DNA of 46,321 nucleotides, from positions 1 to 46,321 of the forward strand of contig NW_021834607.1 in the NCBI RefSeq assembly GCF_006345805.1, in the 5' to 3' direction. This document shows positions 33,720 to 45,996 of the stretch, one piece after another. Both the position numbers and the translations under genes were made by a program. The notes beneath the pieces are model-generated. The model saw only the letters and a list, made by a program, of their open reading frames with translations, searched no databases and was not told where the DNA came from. This DNA comes from Octopus sinensis (Eukaryota). Numbering within the stretch: position 1 is the stretch's first letter; the number at the start of each line of letters is the position of its first letter.

Positions 33720-34860
33720 TTTTTATGTGATGCAAATTCAGCTGGGTATGATGGAAAGTGTCAGCTGTCCACAGCCAGCAGACTAAGGTGACACTTGTTT
33801 ACTGGTCATGCTCCAAGAACCCTGCGAAGAATTCTTGCAGTTCCAAGCAATGCTGATTTTTGTAGGTGTTCTGTCTTCATACTTGCACCGATCTTTTTCA
33901 GCCATGTTGGTAGCTGAGTGCCGATACTTCCGAGTGCAACATATTTTAAATAGTCAAGTTGTTTTTTTCTTCTTGTTTTTTCCTAAAAATCTGTCCTTTC
34001 TCTATTTAATAGATCAAAAATCCTCTATATTATTAATCGATCTTCATTGTTCGAGTAGTCACTGATCTCAATTCTTTCACAATTCAAAGTAGTATATACT
34101 TGCGAACAAATGTCCATCTCTTCCGCTATACTACTTTTGTTTTTTGCATGCCCAGCATCACCCGATATCCTTCTTTCAATAGCTTCTTGCTTCAATTCTG
34201 TTAATCACCCATTCTTTCGTATTGCTGTTGCTTGGTCATATAATCTCTGTTCAGTAATTTCAAACAGCTCCATTGCCTTCCATTCACTGTGAATTCATGT
34301 TCTGTACACTCTGACAGGAACACTATTCGCATCCGCTGCGGTACTCCGGTAGTAACAATCCATAACTATCATGTTTACTTATTTACTCCACTTATGTCAT
34401 GAGGTATGGCTAACAGTGGCTGGATTGCGACCGGGACCACTCTGCTGCACAGTGTGAAACCTGCCGGGTGTGGCACCTTCACCATTAATTCCAGTGCCAT
34501 TTACACACCGTTATCTTCATCTATTTTGCTTGGTATTTTCACTCACGAATGAGGTGTGTTTTTAGGTTACTACCAACCGTTATTTTCATCGAGACACTAG
34601 CTCTATCAAAGTAGTCCGCCAAGGCGGCAGGGGCCTTGCGCCCCTGATTTTCAACAAGGAGTGGTCCTTCTTCTAGGCTGCTTGCCATCCAAGGCTAACG
34701 AGTTCAGCCTAGCCAGAGCACTGGTTATTTGAATGCGCTGGATACTCGCCTTTTCCCAATCTTCTCTTGGAAAAGAGTTAGTAGATAGGCCTTGCGCAAG
34801 CCATTGGAGAATTTTATAGGTGATGGACGCTAAACCCCTCCTCACCACCCTGGTATTGAC
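33720..34860 (-). mobile_element. R4/Dong-like element B: 5' UTR and N-terminus fused to the extreme C-terminus (RT deleted)
   Basis: Minus frames give VMDCYYRS...EITEQRLYDQATAIRKNG*LTELKQEAIERRI (N-terminal domain) and ALGSIGTQLPTWLKKIGASMKTEHLQKSALLGTARILRRVL (C-terminus). The 5' boundary is approximate. Confidence 0.75.
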
Positions 34861-34890
34861 AGATGGGGAAGGAAGAAAAGCAGAAAGTAG

Positions 34891-34922
<32 letters not shown>

Positions 34923-35365
34923 AAGTAGATAAAAGAAAGAGAAAAGGAAGTCAACTAGGAAAGGGGGAAGCCATTTAACACAAGTTCAGTATAATTCATT
35001 CATATTGACCGGAAGAGGAAGAGGACTGCTTAGGAGTAGTTGTAAGTACTGAAGTGAGGTAGATATTGGACATCAGGGAAGATGGTAGAAGGGGTGGGTA
35101 GGACGGGAGCATCACCGCCGAGATAAGATGCCTACAGGAGCATTCCTCGCTGCCCACCTGTAAATTTAATATCTAAGGAAAGAAGAAAGGAGAAGCGTTT
35201 TAAGTTAATCTGAATCTAACGAAAAACTAGCTTACTGTTTGAACAGTTCTATCGAAGTGGAATTTTACGTTGTCAACAAGTAATCTTCACAAGTATTGAC
35301 GAAAGTGACAGAGGAAGAGAAAGAGAGATAACTTGTTGACGTCGTAAAATTATTATTATTATTAC

Positions 35366-35397
<32 letters not shown>

Positions 35398-35402
35398 TAT
35401 TA

Positions 35403-35441
<39 letters not shown>

Positions 35442-35629
35442 TATTATTATTATGTTTTTTCTTACAATTTCCATTTCTTTTCTCAGGAGCTGTGTAAGAG
35501 CGGACAGCAACATGTTGCCAAAGGTCTCACAGAGTCTCATTCCACGATCCTTAACACCCAAGGATCAATCACAAGGTCCTCTCTTTCCCCAATAAAGCTG
35601 TTTCTGAGAATGTTTTACTCTCATATCTT

Positions 35630-35667
<38 letters not shown>

Positions 35668-38600
35668 TAGTAGTAGTAGTTTATACATAGTAGAATATAA
35701 ATAATCTTTAAAAATGAAAATAACCTGCAAAATGGCGGATATCGCGAAATGTTATTAGTGAAGAATTATGTAGTGTTGCCATAGTTTTCTTTGACAGTGA
35801 TGGATAATAGAGTAAGTTGTGGGTGCGGACTGGGAAGATTGTTGTTGGGTAGATGATATGACGGTGGGGAGCTGTGTAGGGTGGCTGTCGAAAAGAAACC
35901 GGGAATCGAGAAAGATGATCACGCTATTAAGACTACGGCATATGAGTTGAGTATGTATATATGTATATATATATATGTGTGTGTGTTTGGGTGTTTTTGT
36001 ATGTGTATATATATAACATACATATGTATGTACCCAAGAGAGAGAGGTGACAGCATGGAGTGTGCGCAGTATGGTATTTTTAGATATCCAACGTCCTGCC
36101 AATCAAATCCTTATTATACATATACATATGTCAATATGAATTGGGTTTTTTTTTATATACGTACACACACAAACACACAAAGTTTAGTGACGAACTGGAA
36201 AAGATAGTGTTCATCACAGCATGGGTGGATAAATATTATTTTTTTAACATACACACACACACACACATACACACACACAGATGTAAATATATTATCCGAG
36301 TTTCCTTTTATTTTAAACACTTAAAAAGATAATTTGTAGCTGGTGCTGAAATATACTCATAAAAGTGGGCATTTTTTCTTAATATACATATACATACATA
36401 CATACATACATACATACATACATACATACATACATACGTATATGTGTATGCGTGTGTACGTAAATACATACACACATATTCACAAACGCACATGCTTACT
36501 CACATGTATACATATATGAATGTGGATGTTTATACACAAATACACAAAAATACAAAATATATATTATATATTTATTGTATAGAGTCCATTAGATATTTTC
36601 TCCGTAGATGAATTATGATAGTTAGGAAAATCCTATTAGATTTCCTCCCCAAAATTCATGATTTTTTTTTTCCTTTTTGAAGAACACCATTTTATTTTTG
36701 TGCTATTTGGAAGAAAGGAGCTAAAATTTTGAAACTGAATTTATTGTTGTTTTCTTCAAAATAATAAATAAATATATGTAAGAACTACAGCAATAAGCAA
36801 TAAGAAAAATTATGAAAACAGCGAAGATAAAAGTGAGAGAGTAAGAGAGAGAAAAAAGATGACAGGCGAATGGAGTTTTGTTTAGTTAAGTTTTAAGTGT
36901 TGCGAAAATGTTAAAGATATATTGAATTTTTTTGAAGAAATATTAAAGACGTAAAATAAAATATTGAAGACATATTAAAACTATTTAACGGCATATTAAA
37001 TATAAAACTTTATTAAATACTTTATAAAATAAAAAAAAATATATAATTCAAAATGCGATTGTTGACGTTTCAGATATCGTTTTATAAATATAAATGTCGT
37101 ATATAAATACGTGTGTGTATATATACATGTATCTTTTTATATACCTATACATGTACATGCACATATACGTAAAATATATAAATTTGCACTCCAGTTCTCA
37201 CACACACTCACATATTTATATGTATGTATGTATGTATGTTTGACTATGTGTATGTCTTAATCCAAAACGTGGGCGAAAACCGATGTTCCTCCCGTAGAAG
37301 ACTTAATAATTGTTGAGGGCCTTCCTCACATGAAAACAATGGTAGCCTTAATCTATTAGTAAAACATTGTTATCCACTAATTCGTTGTTGAGTATTCATT
37401 CTCATTGTTCGATATTAACGTGTCTACAAACACACACACACACACACACACACAAGTCATAGCCAAAAATATTTCGATGATCGTGTGAGAAAAAAATGTG
37501 TACCACATCGTTAAAACATTGCTATAGGTAATGCCTATGTCACATAAATCACATACACTACGAAAATGGACAATAAAAAGTAAACCCTCTAAATGGCGTT
37601 TTGAATACAGTCATTCATAATGCTGATACTACACTAATTGAGAACTAATAGGGAATGCCTTAAATTAACCTTCAATTAATTACTGACTGATTTAATCTTC
37701 TCCTTCGAAGAGAATTTGCTCGATGACCGTTGACTGACTCCAGCGACACAACATTGGCTTGAGAACTCGTTCTCTTAGAAACATACTTGCTGAAAAGTAT
37801 GCCTAGCGCCAATATTGATAATTCTTTTACTTATAATCAAAATGCCTGTAACACATTTTTATCGGTCACTAAATTCTTCAGAGCAAAAAATATTATTGTG
37901 CGATAAAATAAGAGACTTATACGATAGCTAGTACTGTCAAAAGCTGACTCTACTTTCTGTTAGGTACAAATTTTTACCTAGAAGCCGGTCAGAAATTTAT
38001 GGATTATGTTTGATATAGAGCACAGTATAGGAATAAATGATCAAAAATAGTAAATACTAAAGGTCTCTCCCGTCAAACGACCTGCATAAATGATGTGTTT
38101 AAAGTGACCACAGTAGTCTTTCATTAGTTTTACTTGTGGTCGAGAAGATATTGTAGTAATTAAGGACTTAACACCATTAGGTGATACCCAGAGAAAGTTG
38201 AGAGGTTAATAACGGCAAAATTGATCCGAGTGAAAATATTACTATTCTTAATCGCATTGATTTGATGAAATACTTACACAGGAACCCGATATAAGACTAC
38301 AAACTAATGAAGCCAAGGTGCCACCACATTCTGCTGGCATTAAAAGAACTGTTGGAAGATATGATTACATATGAACACTTTGTATCATATAATCATATCT
38401 ACAAATATCTAAACCTTTGAGATACTCTGTTATTATTGTACACTTGCTTTGATATTTTATTGGGGTAAAATGAAATAATTGCATGTAAATAATGCTGAAT
38501 AAAAGACGTGTTTGAGTCTTCACCTCATGCTGCAACTACAGTCTACCACCACTGCAATAAATATTCTTGCAAACCTCTCTCCCTCCAGTCAACCAGAAGG

Positions 38601-39049
38601 TATCAGAGGTACGTTTAGTAAATTAAATCCTGATTTATATTGACGTTCATTTTGGATTATTTATAATTCAGCTCTTCATTTAATTTTAAATGCCTCATCA
38701 CCTGCACAGCCTCTTCTCTGTCGCTCTCCTGTCTTCATACGTCTCACTTTTCATGTGTCTTTCTCGGCTGTCTCTCTCCAACTCAATTTATGTCTTCTTT
38801 ATATCTCACCACTTTTCTCTCTCTTTTTGTTCTTCATTGCATTTATCTCTCTGCCTTGATCTCTCTCTTCTGCGTTTCCATTTCCACGTGCTTCAATCTC
38901 TACTTCGTCTCTTTCCCACACGTGTCTCTTCCGCAGTTCTCTCCAACTCCCTTTCTTTTTTCACGATCACCAAGCACTAGCTCTTTCTCTCTCCTATTCC
39001 ACATCTCTCCTCTTTCCTATTTCTTTCTCTCTATCTCTCTCCACTTCTC

Positions 39050-39094
<45 letters not shown>

Positions 39095-39448
39095 TCGATA
39101 AACACCATAAGGCGATCAAAGGCTCCACAACGAGGCACACCAGTCACGTGATTCTATAAATCTGAACTCCTTATGTAATACTATCTGACGAATACATTTA
39201 GTTGTGCAGGACACCCATGGCTAATGACATTCTCAAATTGTTCCATATTTACCATATTGTAACATCTGCACACCATTTCACCTTCCATATAATTGAAGAC
39301 TTGTCTTATTTCTACAAGATGTTACCAGTTTCGGACACACATAGCAATATAACAGCATTGATTCTTTTATCTTGTATAAATATAAATAAGTATACATACA
39401 ACCATATATACGTATATAGACTCACACACACACACACACACACATACA

Positions 39449-39507
<59 letters not shown>

Positions 39508-39639
39508 TACAAAGCATATGATTCTAACAAGTCTAGTCTTGTTTCCTTCACGCTAGAATTCGTTTGATGATTTCTAGTGTTTGCAGAAAACAGAACCAGT
39601 CTTGCAAGAACCATTATTTTAATTAAACAAATCAGGTTG

Positions 39640-39825
39640 GTGGAATGGCCGAATCATTAGAGCGTCCGGGCATTTGACGTCCCGGGTTCAGTTCCCACCA
39701 CGGTTAACTTTACCTATCAACTTCCGGGCTCGGCCAAATGAAACAACTGTTCACTACGAGGATAAATGTAATCGACTAACCATCATCTCAAAATATTGAT
39801 GGCTTTGGACCTAAATTAGAAACGA
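39640..39825 (+). mobile_element. Old SINE family A-related copy
   Basis: ggtggaatggccgaatcattagagcgtc...gggttcagttccc...taaatgtaatcgactaac. Confidence 0.55.
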
Positions 39826-39983
39826 TTGTACAAAATAAAGATAAATTAATTCTATGTATTAATCTTAATTTTCTCTTGAATTCTGCTTCTCACAATCATA
39901 TAAATGTGAAATTTCAACAACTATGTATATGCGCACATGCATATGTATGTGTGTGTTGGGGCTGTGTATATAGGTATATTTGG

Positions 39984-40215
39984 AGGCGGCGAGCTGGTAG
40001 AAACGTAAGCGCGCCGGGCGAAATGCTTAGCAGTATTTCGCCTGTCGCTACGTTCTGAGTTCAAATTCCGCCGAGGTCGACTTTGCCTTTCATCCTTTCG
40101 GAGTCGATAAATGAAGTACCAGTTACGCACCGGGGTCGATATAATCGACTTAATCCGTTTGTCTGACCTTGTTTGTCCCCTCTGTGTTTAGCCCCTTGTG
40201 GGCAATAAAGAAATA
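39984..40215 (+). mobile_element. SINE family A, full length
   Basis: Close match to 26557-26790. Confidence 0.92.
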
Positions 40216-40434
40216 TATAGGTATATTTATGATTGTCTTTATGGGTTGTGCATATATTGGTATATTTATGTTTGGTGTTTAAGAAGTTTGCTGTGCAACA
40301 ACTTGGTTTCATGTTCAATTCCACTGCATGCAGATTTTGGTAAGCAGCTTCTATTATAGCACTATGCCAACTAATGCCTTGTGTATGAGTTTGGTACACA
40401 GAAATTCTGTGCAAGCCTCTCTCGCGCGCGCGTG

Positions 40435-40488
<54 letters not shown>

Positions 40489-40559
40489 GCATACAAGCAT
40501 ATTTATACACACACACATATATATACACTTGTATTCTTCTAGTTTCATTCATTTAGACT

Positions 40560-40702
40560 TTCACTGGTTCTTAATTTATCCACCCCGAAAGAATGAAAGG
40601 CAAAGTCAACTTCGGCGGAATTTGAACCCAGAACATAAAGATGGACGAAATACCGCTAAGCATTTCGCCGGGCGTGCTAACGATACTGCCAGCTCACGTC
40701 TT
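40560..40702 (-). mobile_element. SINE family A, 3'-truncated
   Basis: Reverse complement matches the family A head and body. Confidence 0.88.
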
Positions 40703-40802
40703 CAATAATAATAATAATAATAATAATATAATAATAATAAGAATAATAATAATAATATAAAATAATAATAATAAATAATAATAAATAATAATAATAATAC
40801 TA

Positions 40803-40849
<47 letters not shown>

Positions 40850-40864
40850 TAATAATATAATAAT

Positions 40865-40938
<74 letters not shown>

Positions 40939-40988
40939 TAATAATAATAATATAATACTAATAATAATAATAATAATAATATAATAAT
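40703..40988. repeat. (AAT)n microsatellite between two SINEs
   Basis: Direct reading. Confidence 0.95.
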
Positions 40989-40989
40989 T

Positions 40990-41197
40990 TCTACTATAGG
41001 CACAAGGCCTGAAATTTTGGGGAGGGAATAAGTCGATTAAATCGACCCCAATAATCAACTGGTGCATATTTTATCGACTCCGAAGGATGAAAGGCAAAGT
41101 CGACCTCGGCGGAAGTTGAACTCAGAACGTAGCGACGGACGATATGCCACTAAGCATTTCCCCCGGTGCGCTAACGATTCTGCCAGCTCACCGCCTT
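40990..41197 (-). mobile_element. SINE family A, full length (second tail type)
   Basis: Reverse complement matches 26791-26990 including the tail. Confidence 0.9.
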
Positions 41198-41829
41198 AAG
41201 TAATGATAATAATATAATAATAATAATAAATAATAATAATAATAATAATAACAATAACAGCGATATTTCTTAAAGTAATGTCGGTGTTTGTGTTGGTAAC
41301 GCTGTAAATTTGTTGTTTTAGTTGGTTTTCGTGGAAATAGAGGAGTGGCGGTGTGTAGCAATGGAGGTGTGATGTTGACAGTCATCAAACCTTCAATCAT
41401 CTCTGCTTCACTGAATCCAGAGAAGATTCTCACTGCTTCCAGCAGACGATAAGTTAAGGAAGATGGCTGACTTTATAATTCGGCTTAAGTGATGCAGCGT
41501 GATGGTGGAAAGAGGAAGTGAATTACGTTCGTTGTGTGTGTTTGATGCGTGTGCATTTGTGTGTGCACGTGTATGCGGGATTGCGTATGTGTGCGAATGA
41601 ATTGGTATTAAGGTTGTTGCGTCGGTTAGTGAGTCGGAAATTAAGGTGTCGAGAATAGAATCGGTAGAGGAACGAATGAAATATCTTGCGTCACTTAATT
41701 ACAATTATTTGCGCTTTGAGTTCAAATCCTGCCGACGTTTTCATATTATATTATTTGGTAAAATATACACAAATTGGGCTACCCAAAAAACGTGTGATCT
41801 CATTTTTTTGATTTTGGCTTGGAATATTG

Positions 41830-42030
41830 ATAGAAAGCCAGCAATTTGATGAGATGGTATAAGTCGATTACACCGACCCCAGTGCTCAACTGGTACTTAT
41901 TTTATCGCCCTTGAATGGAGGAAAGATAAAGTCGGTCCCGGTAGAACTTGAACTCAGAACATCAAGAACGGAGGAAATGCCACTAAGCATTTTGTCCGGC
42001 ATGCTAACGATTCTACAAGCTCGCTGCCTT
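41830..42030 (-). mobile_element. SINE family A, diverged copy
   Basis: gtcgatta..cgaccccagtgctcaactggtacttattttatcg...gaactcagaac...ctaagcattt. Confidence 0.82.
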
Positions 42031-42596
42031 GGGAGTCATTATTAATAGCAAGCACTAAGAAAATAATTAAATGAACTTCCGTTAGTTTCGATGAAAATTT
42101 CGATGAAGTGAACTATTTGTTCAATTGTAATATAAGCGGCTGAGTATTCCGCGAGCACTTTTATCCTAAACATATTTCTCAAATAGAATCAGCGTGACAG
42201 TGCATGATAACGCTGCACTTTTGAAGTACGGCTTAGATACGTTTTGATCGATTCAGCACAAACCCAATTTGGCGACGTGAATTTATGCCGCCGAAACATT
42301 TTGGCACCGAGAAAATATTATAACTATTTTACATAACAATAAATTGGTTTTTATTAATTGAACATAAACCACTGCAAAAAGCAGAAAAAGCATTGAGATG
42401 CGGATATAAGGAGAGATAGAACGGTCCTAAGTTTTAAAAACAGGAATGTTGTCGAGTACTTAAGAAGCCTTGCTCGTGAATTACCAAACGGAGAATTAAA
42501 TAAAACTATATTTTTGATTTATCAGTATTCATTATACTAATTACTTTTTGCAGTGTGTCTCTATGTGTTTCTCACTATATTCGTGTGCGTGTATAT

Positions 42597-42800
42597 AAGA
42601 TTGCGGTTTCGATCCCTGGACCGGGTGATGCGTTGTGTTCTTGAGCAAAACATTTCATTTCACGTTCCTCCAGTCCACTCATCTGGCAAAAATGAGTAAT
42701 CCTGTGATGGAGCAGCGTCCCGTCCAGGTGGGGACTGTTTACGCCATGGAAACTGGGAAACCGGCCCTTATGTGTTAGCATGACTCGAGAAGAAAACGTT
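42597..42800 (+). mobile_element. SINE, 5'-truncated, related to 3843-4185 and 26060-26120
   Basis: B box GGTTTCGATCCC and shared ttcttgagcaaa...tttcac...ccagtccactca.ctggcaaaaatgagt. Confidence 0.75.
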
Positions 42801-43027
42801 GACTAACTTTATCTTTAGATAACATCGTATGTCATCTATTTCGTTTAATCGCCCCATTCCGTTGAAATACAGGACTTCCGCATAGTTTCCGTCAATTTCC
42901 TTTAATTCGGAAGGCTTGAATAGACACCTGAATATGGCAAAGGACTGTTTATCGATATGTGATACATAGGGAACGAACATTGAAATTCGTGGTTGCGAAG
43001 CGTACGTGTTAACCTGTTGGCTATGCC

Positions 43028-43443
43028 TATTTCTTTACTACCCACAAGGGGCTAAACACAGAGAGGACAAACAAGGACGGACAAACGGATTAAGTCGATT
43101 ATATCGACCCCAGTGCGTAACTGGTACTTAATTAATCAACCCTGAAAGGATGAAAGGCAAAGTCGACCTCGGTGGAATTTGAACTCAGAACGTAACGGCA
43201 GACGAAATACCTATTTCTTTACTACCCACAAGGGGCTAGACACAGAGAGGACAAACAAGGACAGACAAACGGATTAAGTCGATTATATCGACCCCAGTGC
43301 GTAACTGGTACTTAATTTATCGACCCCGAAAAGATAAAAGGCAAAGTCGACCTCGGCGGAATTTGAACTCAGAACGTAGCGGCAGACGAAATACCGCTAG
43401 ACATTTCGCCCGGTGTGCTAACGTTTCTGCCAGATCGCCGCCT
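43028..43443 (-). mobile_element. SINE family A full copy plus a tandem 184-bp headless copy
   Basis: 43028-43211 repeats as 43212-43394; the head is at 43395-43443. Confidence 0.92.
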
Positions 43444-43730
43444 TTTGGTTATGCCTGCATCCTCTATTAGTTACTGCGTGACCCACGAAGACGCTGTCTT
43501 TGGATTTTTTGTGCACCGTCCCTGTAAATAAGAGGTGTGGACTTCCCACCAGGAGTTCGCTTTAATTTGTAGTAAAAGCTTCATGGAATCAAAACAGATT
43601 GATTTGTTTGTAATGGCAGAATTGAGAAAAAAAATGAGGTTTCGTAACTTTTGGATTAAGTCAATGAAGGTGGGAATTTGATAGATAGAGATTGCAGGGA
43701 GAAGGGTAAAGTCAAAAAGCGACAGAAAGA

Positions 43731-43772
<42 letters not shown>

Positions 43773-44363
43773 AAGGAGGAGGAAGAGGTTGAAAGTGTGA
43801 GAGGAAGAGAAAAAGATACTGAGAAAAATTGGGAGAAGTGGAGAGAAAATGTCATGTGAATGAGGAGAGTTGAAGATAATCTAATATAGTGAGTGACTGA
43901 ATAAAGAGAGTGAAGTGAAACGGAGATTGTGGTAGGAGGTGAGAGAGCGAGAGAGAGAGAGAGAGGGATGAGAAGAGAGGAAAAGAGAGACGCTGACAGT
44001 GCGTCTTGTGCGTTTGTTTGTGTGTGTGTGTGTGCGTTTGTTTGTGTGTGTGTGTGCATGTGTTAGCATATGTGTATATATTTGTGTTCGTTAGCTTCTG
44101 TATACGCAGAAGTCTGTTTGTAAGCGTACGTAAGGTCCAGCGTGTGTGTGTATATTTATGCGTGTGTGCGCTCGAGCGCGAGTGTAAGCATGTATGTGTA
44201 TGAGTGTATGCGTGTATTCAGTGTTATGTGCGCAAACAGGCTCTCAGTCAACACATTATTCAAAGCAATTTTCTATAATTTAAGAGAAGTATCTAAGAGA
44301 AGGATCTCGAAGTAATCTTATCGAAAGCTATTTCTTTATTATTTCACACACACATCGACATCT

Positions 44364-44439
<76 letters not shown>

Positions 44440-45016
44440 TATACACACACGCACACACGAGAACAGAAATCAAAATCTCGGCAAAATAAATAATACAAAA
44501 GTCGTATTTAAAAATTAATTATTCTAGTTGGAAAGAAGGATTTAATAAATCACTTTTGGCTGAATCTGGTCGGTGAAACGGAAAAGAGGAATAGGGAGAT
44601 GTGTTTCCGAAGGCCTTTTTTGTTTTGTAGAAAAAAGGACTTGGCTAAAAGTTTGTAACACAGAGTTCTGATAAGAGACAACTCGGAAGAATAATTTGCT
44701 GAAAGGACTGCGTTAAGAGCTCGTAATTCAGGGCTGCAGTAAGAGAAGATATAAAGGGAGAATTAGCTAAAGGGTCAGAGTTAAAAGCAAGTAACACAGA
44801 GCTCGGATTAGAGAAGATATATAATATAATATGTTGTTTAATCCAAGATAATCCTGATTGAACATTTCTATGATCAACAACATTGTAGCTGTAATCAAAC
44901 CATTTTTTCTGATATCCATTGCTCAAAATGTCTTCCTTCAAGACGGCAGGGTGTGATTTGAAGAATATTCGGCTGCTATTTATTGAGCGAAGAAGTGGAC
45001 TTATTTTATCTTTTAG

Positions 45017-45140
45017 TTAGATTTATACCTGTAATTATTGGGGCACTGGGATATGCAACACACTGCCTAAGTACCAATCTTGAGAAATTAGGCTTTTCAA
45101 AACCCGAAAGGAGATAGCTGATTTGAAGACTACAGAGCTA
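45017..45140 (+). mobile_element. Small fragment of an RLE-type LINE C-terminus
   Basis: RFIPVIIGALGYATHCLSTNLEKLGF parallels IPVIVGALG in element A; stops follow. Confidence 0.55.
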
Positions 45141-45144
45141 AGAC

Positions 45145-45270
45145 ATTAGATTATACCGATGACTCTTTTACTGGTTTCAGAGTCTGACTCAAGGAGAGAA
45201 AGAGAAAAACAGTTTGGCTTGAATGCTTGCAACAGAAGCATCTCTGCTAAAAACATCCAAGTTGCAAGAT
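45145..45270 (+). pseudogene. Very decayed LINE reverse transcriptase fragment
   Basis: LDYTDD-like motif (usually YADD) followed after a frameshift by KQFGLN; weak. Confidence 0.3.
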
Positions 45271-45699
45271 GATAGTGCTAAGCTTAATGAATGGCATCAG
45301 ATTATAAAAAGGGCTAACTTAGAAGAATATCGTTAGCTCCATTCATTCACAGAGGGATCTCTGAAAATTAACCGTGAATAGATCCTATCTTCTTGTGTGT
45401 AATCTGGGCAAATAAACCCGTTATGGTTCATTCATTTCTTACACATACTCAAAGGTAGCAATCAAACACGACTCGGCCAATTATGTTGCCAGGAGCAAGG
45501 GACTTCTTCCGATATTGTGGTGCTTATTATCAATGGATTCGAACCGACAGCCTCTTGGCTTTGCTCATATACTACCCTGTCCACTCAGCCATCTATATTC
45601 CGTGCATAACGTTGTTATATAAATTAATTAATCTTGGTTTTACACTTCAGAGGTACTGTCATATTCTACATTTTCTAGAAATAAATGAATTGAAAAACA

Positions 45700-45700
<1 letters not shown>

Positions 45701-45785
<85 letters not shown>
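45701..45785. repeat. (TTTC)n microsatellite followed by (TCTA)n, (CA)n and (TA)n blocks
   Basis: Direct reading. Confidence 0.95.
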
Positions 45786-45787
<2 letters not shown>

Positions 45788-45846
45788 CCCTTTCACTCAC
45801 TCCCCTACTCATTCACTCACCTTCCATCTATTTTTCCCCTATATAG

Positions 45847-45880
<34 letters not shown>

Positions 45881-45932
45881 AATCAATCTATCTATCTATC
45901 TATCTATCTATCCATACACACACACACACATA

Positions 45933-45996
<64 letters not shown>

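Noticed and set aside
38278-38348. Minus-strand 71-nt exon-like segment reading LLMPAECGGTLASLVCSLISGSC, faintly like a Cys-loop receptor M1-M2 linker
   Set aside because: The resemblance stops after PAECG and no neighbouring receptor exons were found.
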